Below are positions 20,111-38,319 of a DNA stretch of 64,000 nt, piece after piece; position 1 is the first letter of the stretch; every line of letters starts with the position of its first letter. Source of the stretch: the human T2T-CHM13v2.0 reference genome, Homo sapiens. The DNA lies in the NCBI RefSeq assembly GCF_009914755.1, contig NC_060926.1. The stretch is one strand, 5' to 3'. The position numbers and the translations under genes were made by a program. The notes under the pieces are model-generated. The model was given only the letters and a program-made list of their open reading frames with translations. It was not told the origin of the DNA and ran no database searches.

Positions 20111-20438
20111 TTAAAATTGCTCTTTAAACAAACTTTTACTTAGGGATCTCAGATGAGTCTGGAACATTTGCCAAAGACAAGAAAACTCTACCAACTAAAC
20201 CAAGCAAACGTTTTAGTGTTGCAAAGTCCATAGGGATGGTAAGAATAAAATAGGAGAAGCAGCAGAAACTGCTGATGCACCAAGAAGAATTCCATACAGC
20301 AAAGGCTGCACGCAATGGGGGAGGGGGAAGGAGGGAAGGATATTTCCTCCTTTTTAGATCAGTTTCTTTTCTGAGCACAAGTGCTTTCTGTGTCATCCTA
20401 ACAATGTAAGAGCCCACTAAGTTTAGGACGCATAATAC

Positions 20439-20636
20439 CGGCCTTTGTTCTACTCCAGCGTTGACGGTTTTTGCTGTTCCAGTTTTGGCTGCTTCTCAAG
20501 ATCACGAAGCCCAGGGCACTCTGCAAGGGTTTCTGCAAGTTCAGCAGTTCATCGCTGGAGGGTGGGGCGGGCGGGGGAGGGGGGCGACCGGCAAGAGGGA
20601 GCACTTTGAAGTCCATCAGAGGAGAAAACGTCATTG
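20439..20636 (-). CDS. Candidate alternative cassette exon in FAM178B intron 1 (AMTFSPLMDFKVLPLAGRPPPPPAPP...WSRTKA), 198 nt
   Basis: Poly-T tract + ccgttag acceptor, donor CCG|GTATT, phase 1-1, stop-free in the FAM178B frame, located in a unique non-repeat island. Confidence 0.4.
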
Positions 20637-21199
20637 CTAACGGAAAAAAAATGACACAACTTCTCAACTATTCCTCTTCATCCTCACATGCGTCTTCTCC
20701 ACACTGATGACTCAGTTCTCTTCTTTCCTCACCTTAGTGCACGGAAGTCGTCTCATCTCAGCATCCTAGCACTCAGCCCATGGCCTGATGCAGAATGGAT
20801 TCTCAGAAAATTAGGTGTTTGGCACTACTATACATTGACATGCACCATACCAAATGTTTGAATGCTTCTATGAACATCATCTTCCTTGACTTTTACATAC
20901 ACAAAATCACACACACATTTTTAAAAAAATAGATTCAGAGGGTACATGTGCATGTTTGTTACATGAATATACTGCATACTGGTGAGGTTTCGGCTTTTAG
21001 TGTGCCCATCACCTGAATAGTGAACATTATACTCAACAGGTAATTTTTCAATCCTCACCCCGCTTTCAACCTCCCCACTTTTGGAGTCCCCAGTGTCTGT
21101 GGCTTCCTTCTGTACATCCAAGTACACCCAGTGTTTAGTTCCACTTGTAAGTGAGAATATGTGGTATTTGACTTTCTGTTTCTGAGTTATTTCATGTAG

Positions 21200-21427
<228 letters not shown>

Positions 21428-21574
21428 TAGCAGGGACGGGGTTTCACCATGTTAGCCAGGATGGTCTCCATCTCCTGACCTCGTGATCCGCCCGCCTCGG
21501 CCTCTCAAAGTGCTGGGATTACAGGTGTGAGCCACTGCACCCGGCCGATTTCATTCTTTTTTATGGCTGCATAG

Positions 21575-21876
<302 letters not shown>

Positions 21877-22877
21877 TGAGCCACTGCGCCCAGGCATTTT
21901 TTTTTTTTTTTTTTTCCTGAGACAGAGTCGCACTCTGTCATCCAGGCTGGAGTGCAGTGGTACGATCTTCACTCACTGCAACCTCAATTTTTGTACTTTA
22001 TTAGTAGAGACGGGGTTTCATCATGTTGGCCAAGCTGGTCTCAAACTCCTGACCTCAAGTAATCTGCCCGCCTTAGCCTTCCAAAGTGCTGGAATTACAG
22101 GCATGAGCCACTGCACCCATCCTATATCACATTTTCTTTATCCAATCATCTGTTGATGGACACTTAGGTTGATTCCATAACTTTGCTATTGTGACTAGTG
22201 CTGTGATAAACATATGAGTGCAAGTGTCGTTTTGATATAACAATTTATCTTCCTTCAGGAAGATACCCAGTAGTGGGATTGGTGGGTTGAATGGTAGTTC
22301 TGTTTTTAGTTCTTTGAGAAATCTCCATACTGTTTCACATAAAGGTTTGACTAATTTACATTCCCACCAACTGTGTATAAGTGTTCCCTTTTCTCTGCAT
22401 CCTCACCAACATTTGCTATTTTTTGACTTTTGAGTAACAGCCATTCTGACTGACGTGAGTCGGGATTGCACTGAGTCACATTTCTGTTGAGAATGTACCT
22501 ACATATCATATTGATGGGTCACAGGGAATAGGTATGTCCATTATAGTAGATAGGGCTAAACAGTTTTAAAGTTTTATCCTCCTACTAGCCACATGTCAGA
22601 ATTCTCCTGTTCCATCCTTGTCAATACTTGAGATTGCTGGTATCTTAAATGTTTGCCATTCTAGTCAGCGTGTAATGGTGTTTCTTTGTGGGGTTTTTTT
22701 GTTTGTTTTTTTGAGACAGAGTCTCTCTCTGTCACCCAGGCTGGAGTGCAGTAGTGCGCAATCTTGGCTCACTGCAACCTCCGCCTCCCCGTTTTAAGCA
22801 ATTCTCATGCCTCAGCTTCCCAAGTAGCTGGGATTACAGGCATGCACCACCACACCCAGCTAATTTTTGTATTTTGA

Positions 22878-23009
<132 letters not shown>

Positions 23010-23012
23010 TAA

Positions 23013-23204
<192 letters not shown>

Positions 23205-23530
23205 TAGAGGTGGAGGTCTTTCTATGTTGCCCAGGTTGGTCTCAAACTTCTGGGCTCAAGTGATCCTCCCACCCTGGCCTCCGAAAGTGCTGGAACTACA
23301 GGCATGAGCAACCGAGCCAGCCTCCTTGCATTTTTTAATTTGGGTTTCCCTGGTTCTAATGAGGTTGAGCACCTTTTCATATGGAGTCCTGACCTAGATA
23401 TCTTTTTTTTTCAATTTTTACATTTTAAATTTTTGTGGGTACCTATAGACATCTTCTTTTGTAAAGTGCCAATTCAAGTCTATTGCCCATTTTAGATCTG
23501 TGAAGTATTCTTTACACAGTCTTGAAATGA

Positions 23531-23899
<369 letters not shown>

Positions 23900-23902
23900 T
23901 AA

Positions 23903-24005
23903 TCTCAAATGGGTAATACGTTGACTTCGTAACGAGGTCTCAGGGTGGCACATCTCACACATGCACGTGAACACTCAATCATCATGCTTATGAACCACAA
24001 AGGAT
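23903..24005 (-). pseudogene. U13 (SNORD13) snoRNA retrocopy
   Basis: Minus strand reads ATCCTTTGTGGTTCATAAGCATGATGATTGAGTGTTCAC...GAGATGTGCCACCCT...TTACCCATTTGAGA, matching U13. Box C is intact; box D CTGA is mutated to TTGA. A short A-tail and tcactct repeats flank it. Confidence 0.88.
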
Positions 24006-24153
24006 CATTTCACTCTATTAATGGTATATTTCGATAAAGAAAAGTCCTTAACTTTAATGTAGCCCAATTTATCAACATTTTCTTCTGCAGTTGGTGCTTT
24101 CTGTATCCTGTTTAAGAAACTGTCCTCTTTGGGAGGCCAAGGCAGGCAGATCA

Positions 24154-24327
<174 letters not shown>

Positions 24328-26459
24328 CTATAGCCTGGGTGACAGAGTGAGACTCCGTCTCAAAAAAAAAAAAAAAAAAAAAAGAAAGAAAGAAACTGTC
24401 CTCTAGGCTGGGCACAGGGGCTCACACCTGTAATCCCAGCACTTTGGGAGGCTGAGAAAGGCAGATCGCTTGAGTCCAAGAGTTTGAGACCAGCCCAGGC
24501 AACACAGTGAAACCCTGTCTCTACAAAAAAACGCAAAAATTAGCTGGGCATGGTGGTGTGCACCTGCAGTACCAGCTACTTGGGAGGCTGAGTGGGAGGA
24601 TCATCTGAGTCCAGGAGGTCAAGGTTGCAGTGAGCTGTGATCGCACTACTGCACTCCAGCCTGGGTGACAAAGTAAGACCCTGTCTCAAAAAAAAAGAAA
24701 AAATCTTCGTTTATTCCAAAGTCATGAACATATTTTCATATGCCAGCTTTGAGAATTTTTATTATTTTGTATTTCACACTTGGATCCATAACCCACACAA
24801 GAAACATTCTTCACTTTTTAATTGATGTATAACTTACAGTACATAAATATATATATTCATATAGTATATGTACATACTTTATATATATTATTATTTTATT
24901 TTAGAGACAGGGTCTGGCTGTGTCACCCAGGCTGGAGTATAACGGTGCAATCTTGGCTCTGCAACTTCTGCCTCCCAGCGTCAAGTCATCCTCCCACCTC
25001 AGCTTCCCGAGTAGCTGGGACGACAGGCGTGCACCACCATGCCTGGTTAATTTTTGTATTTTTTGTAGAGATGGAGTTTCACCATATTACCCAGGCTGGT
25101 CTCGAACTCCTGAGCTCAAGCAATCCACCCGCCTCAGTCTCCCACAGTGCTGGGATTACAGGCATGAGCCACCGCACCTGGCCTAATTTATTTATTTATT
25201 TTTGTTAGAGACAGAGTCTGTCTCTGTCATGTAGACTGGAGTGCAATGTCATGATCACAGCTCTCTGCAACCTTGAACTCCTGGGCCCAAGCAACCCTCC
25301 TGCCTCAACCTCCTGAGTAGCTAGGAGTGCAGGTTCACACCACCATGCCCAGCTAATTTTTTTTTTTTTTTTTTTTTTTGTAGAGACAGGGTTCTTGCTA
25401 TGTTGCCCAGGATGGTCTTGAACTCCTGGGCTCAAGCAATCCTCCTGCCTTGGCTTCCCAAAGTGCTGGGATTACAGGCGTGAGCCACTGCACCCAGTCT
25501 AATTTATTTTATTTTAGAGATATAGTCTCTCTCTGTCACATAGACTGGAGTGTACTGTCATCATCATAGCTTCCTGCCACCTTCAGCTCTTGAGCCGAAG
25601 CAATCCGCCTGCCTCAGCCTCCCGAGTAGCTAGGACTGCAGGCACACACCACCATGCCTGGCTAATTTTAAAATATTTTTGTAGAGACAGGGTTCTTGCT
25701 ACCTTGACCAGGTCAGCCTTGAACTCCTGGGATCAAACAATCCTCCTGCCTCAGCCTCCCAAAGTGCTGGGATTCCATGAGCCACCATGCCTGGCTCTAA
25801 ATGCACAAATCTTAAGTGTTCAGCATGATTGATTTTTATGTACATATGTGTACATTTAGTATAAATGTGTGTCTGTGTGTGCATATATATACACATATAC
25901 ATACATATGGTAACCATTACCAGATCAACATATTGAATATTTCTTACATTCTAGAAGTACCTCCTCCAGTCAATAACCCCAAAGGTTATACTACTCTGCC
26001 TCTATCACCACCGATTATTTTGCCTGTTCTTGAACTTCACATACATAAAATCATATATATATATTTTTGAGACATAGTCTCGCTCTGCTGCCCAGACTCG
26101 GATGGTGTGATAACAGCTCACTGCAGCCTCAACCTCCTGGGATCAAACAATCCTCCTGCTTCAGCCTTCTGAGTAGCTAGGACTACAGGTATGTGCCACC
26201 ATGCCCAGCTAATTTTTATATTTTTCTGTAGAAACAGTTTCATTGTGTTGCCCAGGCTGGTCTCAAACTCCTAGGCTCAGGTGATCTGGTCACCTCAGCT
26301 AACAAAGCGCTGGGATTACAGGCGTGAGCCACTGCATCCAGCCAAATCATCAATTTTGTGCACTTCTGCATATATTTTATTCAACATTATGCATGTGAAA
26401 ATCATCCACGAACTACTGCTAAATGTATGTTGTTGCATGCTATATGCCTGTAGCAGTAG

Positions 26460-26753
<294 letters not shown>

Positions 26754-28845
26754 TAATTTTTAGTAGTGATGGGGTTTCACCATGTTGGCCAGGCTGGTCT
26801 CGATCTCCTGACCTTGTGATCTGCCGCTTCAGCCTCCCAAAGTGCTGGGATTACGGGTGTGAGCCACTGTGCCCTGCCAAAGTGGTACATAAAAACTTTC
26901 ACTCCGCCACCAGGAAGACAATTTGCCCAACCTGTTCAATACAGTTCCCGCTCAACAAACCCCAATTTAGCATCTTCTATGTGTCAGGCAGTATGCTGAG
27001 CATTGGGACCTCAAGGATGAGGAAGATGCAGTCTCTGCCCTAGAGGAGCTTACAGCAGCAGGAAGTTTCTGTCATAGGACAGACCCAGGGCTCACCAAGA
27101 CTCAAGCAGATGATGAAGCCTGGGGCTCACTGGCCCAATCAGCGTATTCAGACTGGCTGGCTGCTTATGAGGCTCTTGGGCCAGGGCTGCCTGCTCAGTG
27201 GGCAGCTGACTCTAGCTGCTGCAAAATGCCTTTCACTCAAAGGTGCTATCTACCAGTGATTATATGGCATTCCAATTTTACCTGGAAGGGAGATGCAGCT
27301 ACCAGCTGTTTCTTCCCTCTCCCAACCACAAAGTAACACATTTTTCATTTGTCTATCTGTTGTTTCCAGGTTTTTGCTTTTGCCAATCCCCTCCCTCACA
27401 TGCCTTGAAACAAGCACTTTCAAAGACAAAGACATAAACAACAAAAGGGTGCAGGCTGAGGTGGGTCATCTTCTCTGCCTGCGTCTCCAACTCTGGATCC
27501 TGCAGTTACTGGACTCAGGCCATGGCTGACTCCTTCATCACAGCTAAGATGCTGCTGGGTTTAAGGCACTGTGACTTTCTGTGCCACTAAGACCGACAAA
27601 AAGCTGCCAAGTGAACGATGACACAAAGAAAGACACAAACTGTGGGACCCAGCCCAACTTCAGAGCTGCTAAAATGTGAACAAAAATGCATCCCGGAATG
27701 GATGGAAACCGATCATTCTAGTTGGTGTGACCTGCTCCAGTGCCTACAGTACGTGTCCTGACAGCGTGGGAGGGGATATGAAGGCCCCCCAGTCAAACAG
27801 GAGACAGCGTTAGTCTCCAAACTTAACTTTGTTATCTCTTTCCCTCCTGGGGCCCAATACCCGCCAGCCAGGACCTGTTTCTCCTCCATCTCACATTCTT
27901 TCCAGGTTCAGGACTGAAGTCGTCTTGTTCAGCTCCTTGACTTGGCCATGCTCACTCTACAATGCAGCCCATGGATGGCGCCCCCTCTGCCCAGCACATC
28001 CCTCTGCCTGGGCTCTTGTCTCCCCGAATCCTGCAAACCCCAGCCCCAGCCTTTAGCGTTCAGCCGCCCTCCCCGCTTCCCTCATCCTCCCTCGCGTCCT
28101 CGCAGTGAGATTTCAACATGTCATCTCAGTTTTTTTGTTCTTTTACTTTCCTGACTACAAGAAAAATAAAATAATCTGTCTTAAAGTGTAGCATGAGGCC
28201 AAATAATTACGGAATCCCAAGTGCTTTGGGCCCTGATGTCAAAAGAGCCAAGATGAATTCAGAATATTACAATGGTGCTGTTTCTGCGAATACTGCTTTT
28301 TCAAGACGCCTTATTCCTAACATCATGTTTTATATCCATCCTTTTAAACAAATATTTAATAGCTTGGGAATGCTGGCGAGAGCAGCGGCTCCTGTCAGCA
28401 AGGACTGAGCTCACAATTTGAAAGATGAAAGGAGATGCGTTCTACCCACAAAGAAAACGGTCTCCAGCATCATAAACTCCACATCCATCAAACCGGGCAG
28501 GGGCTGGGAATAGAAAGCCTTTCTGGAAAGAAAACACCAGCTACCCTTTGCACCCTGGGGAACATTAAAAATCAAAACAAAACATGCCACATCAACCAAA
28601 ACATAAACCAGTTCTCAAACCAATCTAAGGTTCCACCCCACCAAGGCCGGCCGCGCAGTGGCCTGTGGAGAGGAGGGCCCGGCTCACGTCGGAACCCGAA
28701 CCACGCGGGGTCGCAGGAACCTGAAAAGCGCCAGAGTAGCCCGGCGGCCGCACCGGGGCTGACCTGCAAGGCCTGGACCAGCCAGGAGTCCCAGGGAAGT
28801 CGAGTGCTCTCTGAGCGCTAACCACGCGCCCCTGCGGTTCCTCGG

Positions 28846-28875
28846 CCTCAGTTTCCTTACCTGTAAAATGGAGCC
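28846..28875. mobile_element. MIR core fragment overlapping the FAM178B exon 1 donor
   Basis: cctcagtttccttacctgtaaaatgg versus MIR core cctcagtttcctcatctgtaaaatgg. Confidence 0.7.
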
Positions 28876-28933
28876 GCTGATCCTGCCTCCTGAGTTGTGG
28901 AGCGAGGCCCGCACCTGGAAGCCTTGGCCACAT
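28861..28933 (-). CDS. FAM178B: FAM178B coding exon 1 (MWPRLPGAGLAPQLRRQDQRLHFT+G), 73 nt, ends phase 1
   Basis: ATG at 28933 inside a CpG-rich region; donor CAG|GTAAGG; joins exon 2 in frame; N-terminus matches recalled FAM178B. Confidence 0.88.
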
Positions 28934-29353
28934 AGGGCGGGAAGGGCAGGGCTCCGGGGTGAGGGAGGGTGGCGGGAATTCGCACGGCCTCAGAGGACGG
29001 GGCCAGCTAGCCGGGAAAGGAAGCAGGAGCAGGCTCCCCAGGCGGCGCAGTGGGAGGACCCCAAGAGTTGCGTCCCTAGATCCAGGGCCGCCAACGTGGA
29101 ACCTAAAGATCCAGTTCTGGGGATTGAGTTCCGACTCCAAACCAAGCGGCCAGCTCACAGCCGCCGCCGCCGCCAGCTGGGGAGCTCGCCGGCCAAGTGC
29201 GCACCCTCTTCCTGTTAGCCCTCCACGTGCGCGCCCTCTTCCTGCTCGCCCTCCACGTGCGCATCCACGTGCGCGGGAATTGGCTGGCGGAAGCTCCTGC
29301 CCCCAGGCAGTCCTGGGTCACGCGCACTTGTAGTAGCTTGCATTTACCAAGAC

Positions 29354-30449
<1,096 letters not shown>

Positions 30450-31290
30450 TTTTCCCCCTCAGAGACTTTGGGTCCATGTTCTTATGAAATGTGGAGGGCT
30501 GGGTCATTTTTTCTGGAGCTGCTTCGTGCTGAGACAGGACCAGGGCCCGAAAGTCTCTTCTTGCCTGATTTAAAGTGATAGGGGTCATATCCTCCACTGG
30601 GATAAGTTGAAATCCTTGCATAACTATCAATCTAGGAATTGTTGTAACCTAGAAGACACAGACTTTAAAGGAGCTTAAACAAGCAAGGACCAAAGGTCAG
30701 TAGTAATAAGATGGCTATTGTAGGTCCCATGAAAGGTAGCAGAATGAAGCATCACATCATTATTCAGCAAGCAGAAGAACAAAAAGAGCTCCTACAAATA
30801 GGAGACCTGAGATGGGACTACCTTATGTTAAAGTAATATTAATCTCTTTATTTGGGGTGTTGGCATCTTTTCTTGAAAATGAATGTTAGGTCTTCTATAG
30901 GCTTACAAAAGGATTTTTAATTTTTAGTTGTTGATGTAGAGTCCTGTGGAAACGTAAGGGAAACAGTTTTTATCCTAGAGAGATGCACCCAGCTGGCAAT
31001 GTCCTGGATTCTCTGGACTATGGTGTGTTATGGTGGTCAGCTGGGCTTTTGAGAGTGCTCCTATGAGAAGGGGTTCAGTTGGTTTCATTGGTTTTAAAGA
31101 AGCCCCCAACGAGGGTAGCAACAAGGGAGTTAGGCATTCACGTCCTTGAGTCTGCAAATTAAAGGTTGGGTGGCTGGGCACGGTGGCTCACGCCTGTAAT
31201 CCCAGCACTTTGGGAGGCCGAGGCAGGCGGATCACGAGGTCAGGAGATCAAGACCATCCTGGCCAACATGATGAAACCCCGTCTCTACTA

Positions 31291-31614
<324 letters not shown>

Positions 31615-33016
31615 CTACACCTGCCACGTGCAGGGTCACTGGATTCCTCTGTGGTAATGGGGACTGAATGACAGCCAGTGTTAGCCTTGGGTCTCCTCAG
31701 TCTTTAGTCAGGGCCATCAAGGAATTGGAAGCCCCTGTCTCCCTACGGAGTTGGGGGCAGTCCTGCTTCCGGTGACTGGCATCTCTGCATTGTGGATATG
31801 GTCTAGGTGGAGCGGACTTTTGGGCATTTTGTCCCTTGGTCTGGCAGTTTTGGGGCCAGTGTCCTGGTTTTAAGTGTAGCAGGTGTCCCCAGATTGGGGC
31901 TTGGTCTGGACTGGCTTGTTCTCTCTGATAGCAAGGGCCAATAATCGGAGGCCTGGTTTATGTCTCTTGCCTCTTCCCTCTTTCACTTTTTAGCCTCTTC
32001 TACTCTGTCTCATTATAGAAGACTTCAAAGGCTACATTAATTAGCTCATTCATTGGTGCCTGGGGACTTACAGCCAGTTTTTGTAACTTTCTCTTAATAT
32101 CTGGAGCAGATTGACTAATAAAATGAGTCCCCAGAAGAATTTGACCTGCCTCAGAGACAGCATCTACATTGGTATATTTTTCTAATGCCTTTACAAGGCA
32201 CCCCTGTGAAGACTCAAAAGGACCATATAATATTTCAAAGGTGCTGGGTTGCAGATTGGTCTTGGGAGCCGCTCTTACTTGGAGGAACGCTAGAGGCAAT
32301 CACTTTAATAAGGACTCAGAAGTCTCTTGCCAGAGCTTCGCCAGAGTTTTCTTTACAAGTAGCTTTTTCTAGCTTTCCTGAGGATGGAGGTCTCCAGGAA
32401 GCATGTAAATGATCACTTACTCCTAGAGTGGTAGCACTTGCTGGGTTATTTTGGAAACAAAGGAGGGGCCATTGTCGCTTTGGAGTGACATAGGTAGCCC
32501 AAATCGGGGAATGATTTCTTTTAAGAGGCACTTGTGCCTTTTCTGTTTTGGTGGAGTAGGCTTCAATCTATCCCATGAAAGTATCTGTAGAGATCAGTAA
32601 GTGCTTAAATCTTTATACTGGTGGAACTTAGGGAAAGTCTAACTGTCTGTCTTCCCCTGGGTACCTTCCTCTCCTCTGTACTGGCATCAGTAATGGAAGT
32701 GGCCTTATTTTCCTTTCTGGGTTATTGATAGAGTAAAGTGGTCTCGCTGTAGTGTGTGCTTTTACAGTAGTAGCTAAGCCTGTTCCCTTAAGGGTTCATG
32801 TGACCAAAGCGTTAGAGAGCCCCTTCCTAGGTGTCTGTAACCCCCTTTGATTAATTTGCATTGATGACCTTGAGGTATTAAAATTTTTGAATTTTGGGGC
32901 CGGGCACGGTGGCTCACGCCTGTAATCCCAGCACTTTGGGAGGCTGAGGTGGGCAGATCACGAGGTCACGAGATCGAGACCATCCTGGCTAACACGGTGA
33001 AACCCTGTCTCTACTA

Positions 33017-33277
<261 letters not shown>

Positions 33278-34159
33278 CTAGCTCAGGAGCCATAGTTTCT
33301 GGGATGGGAGCCCCTGCTACAAATGGAAGGGACACAGCCTGTTGAGCAGTTGCATTTGCTAAATTATCATTTTTTTTTTTTATTGTTGTAGAGTTCCCTC
33401 TTTGGTGTCCCCTGCAGTGCATAACATCAACTGGTAACTGCTTAGTCTTTGGGCTAAGTCTGACATTGAGAAAAGAATGTGAACTCGAATGGTCCCTGCC
33501 TCTTTGTTAGTTAATTCCCTACGAGGGAGTAGCCTGTTTTCTGGTTTGAGTGGGTGTCCTAGCGCGACTGGGCCCTTCTGGGAGTGCTGGGTGAATGGGT
33601 TGATATGGAGGAGGTGCAGTAGAAGACTGCAAGTCTGGTGAGGAAGGACCACTAGAAGGAGTAGAGGCTCTAGAGGTTTGAGGAATGATCCTTGGACTAG
33701 ATTTGAAGAAGGAGAGCTGTTAGTGGGAGGCATACTTCCTAATACAGTGTCATGAATTACATCAGATTCCCTTGAACCCTTCTGAACAACATGGGCATAA
33801 CACATTTGTCACTGGTCTCTAAGACACTTGTGGGTTTTAATTTTTTTTTTTAATAGAGATAAGGCCTCACTATGTTGCCCAGGCTGGTCTCCTGAGCTCA
33901 AGACAGCCTCCCACCTTGGCCTCCCAAAGTCCCAAAGTGATTACAGGCATGAGCCACTGCGTCTGGCAGAGACTTGTCTTAATGTAAAACCGTTTGGTTA
34001 GAGGGAGGAATAATGTCAGGTTGCCCTGGGCCCTTGGGGAATTTCTGACCTTCCTTTCCTTTTATAAAAAGGTTTAATTATAAAATGGTATTGTTGGGCC
34101 AGGCACGGTGGCTCACACCGGTAATCCCAGCACTTTGGGAGGCCGAGGTGGGCGGATCA

Positions 34160-34468
<309 letters not shown>

Positions 34469-34529
34469 TTAAAATAAGACCAATTTTGGAGAATGCATCT
34501 GAGGGGGCAGTGAGCAGAGGGTTGGTTAC

Positions 34530-34910
34530 TGTATTGTTCCGCTCTCATACCGCTATAAAAACTACCTGAGACTGGGTAATTTATAAAGAAAAGAGGTTTA
34601 ATTGACTCACAGTTCTACAGGCTGTACAGGAGGCATGGCTGGGGAGGCCTCAAGAACTTACAGTCATGGCAGAAGGTGAAGGGGAAGCAAGTACATTTTC
34701 ACATGGTGATAGGAGAGAGAGAAAGAGAGTGAAGGGGGAAGTGCCACACACTTTTAAACCATCAGATCTCGTGAAAACTCACTATCATAAGAATAGCAAG
34801 GAGGAAATAGCCCCCATGATCCAATCACCTCCCACCAGGTCCCTCCCTGAACATTGGGAATTGCAATTCAACATGAGATTTGGGTGGGGACACAGACCCA
34901 AACCATATCA
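34530..34910 (-). mobile_element. MaLR solo LTR (MSTA-like) inserted in gag
   Basis: Begins TGATATGGTTTGG...CCCCACCCAAATCTCATGTTGAATTG; 5-bp TSD GTAAC at 34525-29 and 34911-15. Confidence 0.85.
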
Positions 34911-35587
34911 GTTACCCATCTTGATTAGTAGCCTAATGTCAAAAAAAAAAAAAAATGAAGAAGGCTCTAAGCCTGAAGAGACAAAATTTAGCTTGGGCGT
35001 CCCCTTACTTTCGCTTGGGCTTCCCAGGCCTTGCTGTCCCTGGTGTCAAGCGTACCTTGATGGCCAGCTGACAGTCTTCCCAAAAGTGGTTTTACCAGTT
35101 TTCCCACAAGGAGAGGTACCACTTCTAGTCCCTGTCTTTACAGTTATTGGTGAGTGACCAATGTGGAATGAGGCAGATAAACTTCTTTTCCTCATTTAGC
35201 TGAGGGAGTCTTTTCCTGGGCTTAGACTCTTCTGGCCTTTTCTGTACATCTGATGTTCTCTTATTAAAGGCCCAGGACTTGGGTGGGCAGCCCTAGAGCT
35301 GACATTTCTATGGTACCATGATCTCTCTACATCCCATTTTCCTCTCTTAAAGAGCAACTGTATGAAGGGAAAATGAAGCAGGGGAAAAAAGAGCAACTTA
35401 AGGATCTGGAAAACAGCCAAGCCTACTAGGGTTGGGGGAGCATCAATTGATTGAAAGGCCCGTTTTCGGCGAGGTGCGTGGCTCATCCCTGTAATCCCAA
35501 CACTTTGGGAGGCCAAGTTGGGCAGATCACCTGAGGTCAGGAGTTTGAAACCAGCCTGACCAACATGGAGAAATCCCGTCTCTACTA

Positions 35588-36065
<478 letters not shown>

Positions 36066-36372
36066 TCACCTGGCATTATGCAGCCTGGGCTTTTTCCCCA
36101 TCACTTTCATATGTGCCAGCTGTCTGGCTGGACTAAGACAGCCACAAGCTACTTGGGGAGAGTCTAACTTTCCCATCTCCATGAGTCACCCACAGGTGAA
36201 CTGGAAACCAGTTGGATGGAGCATGACAGTCTTAGCTGAAGGGAATTCTCAGGTGGCCAAAAGGAGGATATAAAGAGAGGAGGAAGATTAGACCTGTAGC
36301 CATGAGGTGGTGAGATCATTCTTACCTCTTGACTCAGTTTACCCAGGTCCTGCTGCAGTTGCCAACTTACAG

Positions 36373-37208
<836 letters not shown>

Positions 37209-37356
37209 GTCCGACAGTCAGATCTTTCCATGGTGGAGACACTGCAGATGTGTGTATTGAGAACCACTCTGTGTATTGGGAACAACTCTGCTCAGAACCA
37301 CCAGCCATGAAAATCATTTTCCACGTTTTGCTTTGAGAAGAGATCTGTCCTGGGCA

Positions 37357-37358
<2 letters not shown>

Positions 37359-37401
<43 letters not shown>

Positions 37402-37445
37402 TTCTCTCTGTGTGTGTGTGTGTGTGTTTGTGTGTATGTGTGTGC
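37359..37445. repeat. (CT)n(GT)n compound microsatellite
   Basis: Read directly from the sequence. Confidence 0.95.
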
Positions 37446-38067
37446 ACATGCATATTCCCATTAGGAGATTTCAGCCCTCAGATTCACACTCAACAAATAC
37501 TGGTTGAGCCCCGGCCCTGCACCTGGCATTGAGTTAGGCTGCTTATACAAATTATTTTGTCTTATTCTAAACCAAGCCTGCTATCACCAAAAACTCACAC
37601 CCTAGACTTCTGGGGAACTGATTTTTAATTAGGCATCACAAATAACTAATTAATGATCCTCCTGTGTGGTTCTACAGGAAAGAGGGCAGTAGAGCTGAAC
37701 TGAGCTTTGCCGGAGTGTGGCTGGGATGGCTGTCCCCTGAGGAGCCCCTCTTCTGAGGCCAGGATATGATGGGTGGGAAGGCAGCCACCTTGGGGGTTGG
37801 CAGTCTCTTCCCAGCAAGGGGAAGGCCCCTGGAAGGAGCAGAAAATAATTACTACTTTGCCTTTGCTTCTTTTGATAAATTCCTGCGGGAGTTTGGGCCC
37901 ATTCATTCATCTGACTTCCAGTTGTCTGTCAAAAGGACTACTGACACCAGGACATGGTGGCATACGCCTGTAATCCCAGCACTTTGGAAGGCTGAGGCAG
38001 GAGGAGGGCTTAAGTCCAGGAGACCAGCCTGGGCAACATAGTGAGACCCCATCTCTACAAAAAATTA

Positions 38068-38319
<252 letters not shown>

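Larger units (their letters stand above)
28640..29335 (-). promoter_or_regulatory. CpG-island promoter and 5'UTR of FAM178B
   Basis: High CpG density, a (CCG)5 run at ~29160-29174, three CACGTG E-boxes, ETS-like CTTCCTG and E2F-like GCGCGGGAA; directly upstream of exon 1. Confidence 0.8.

Noticed and set aside
23903-24005. Functional U13 snoRNA gene
   Set aside because: Box D is mutated, there are many substitutions, and retroposition hallmarks are present.
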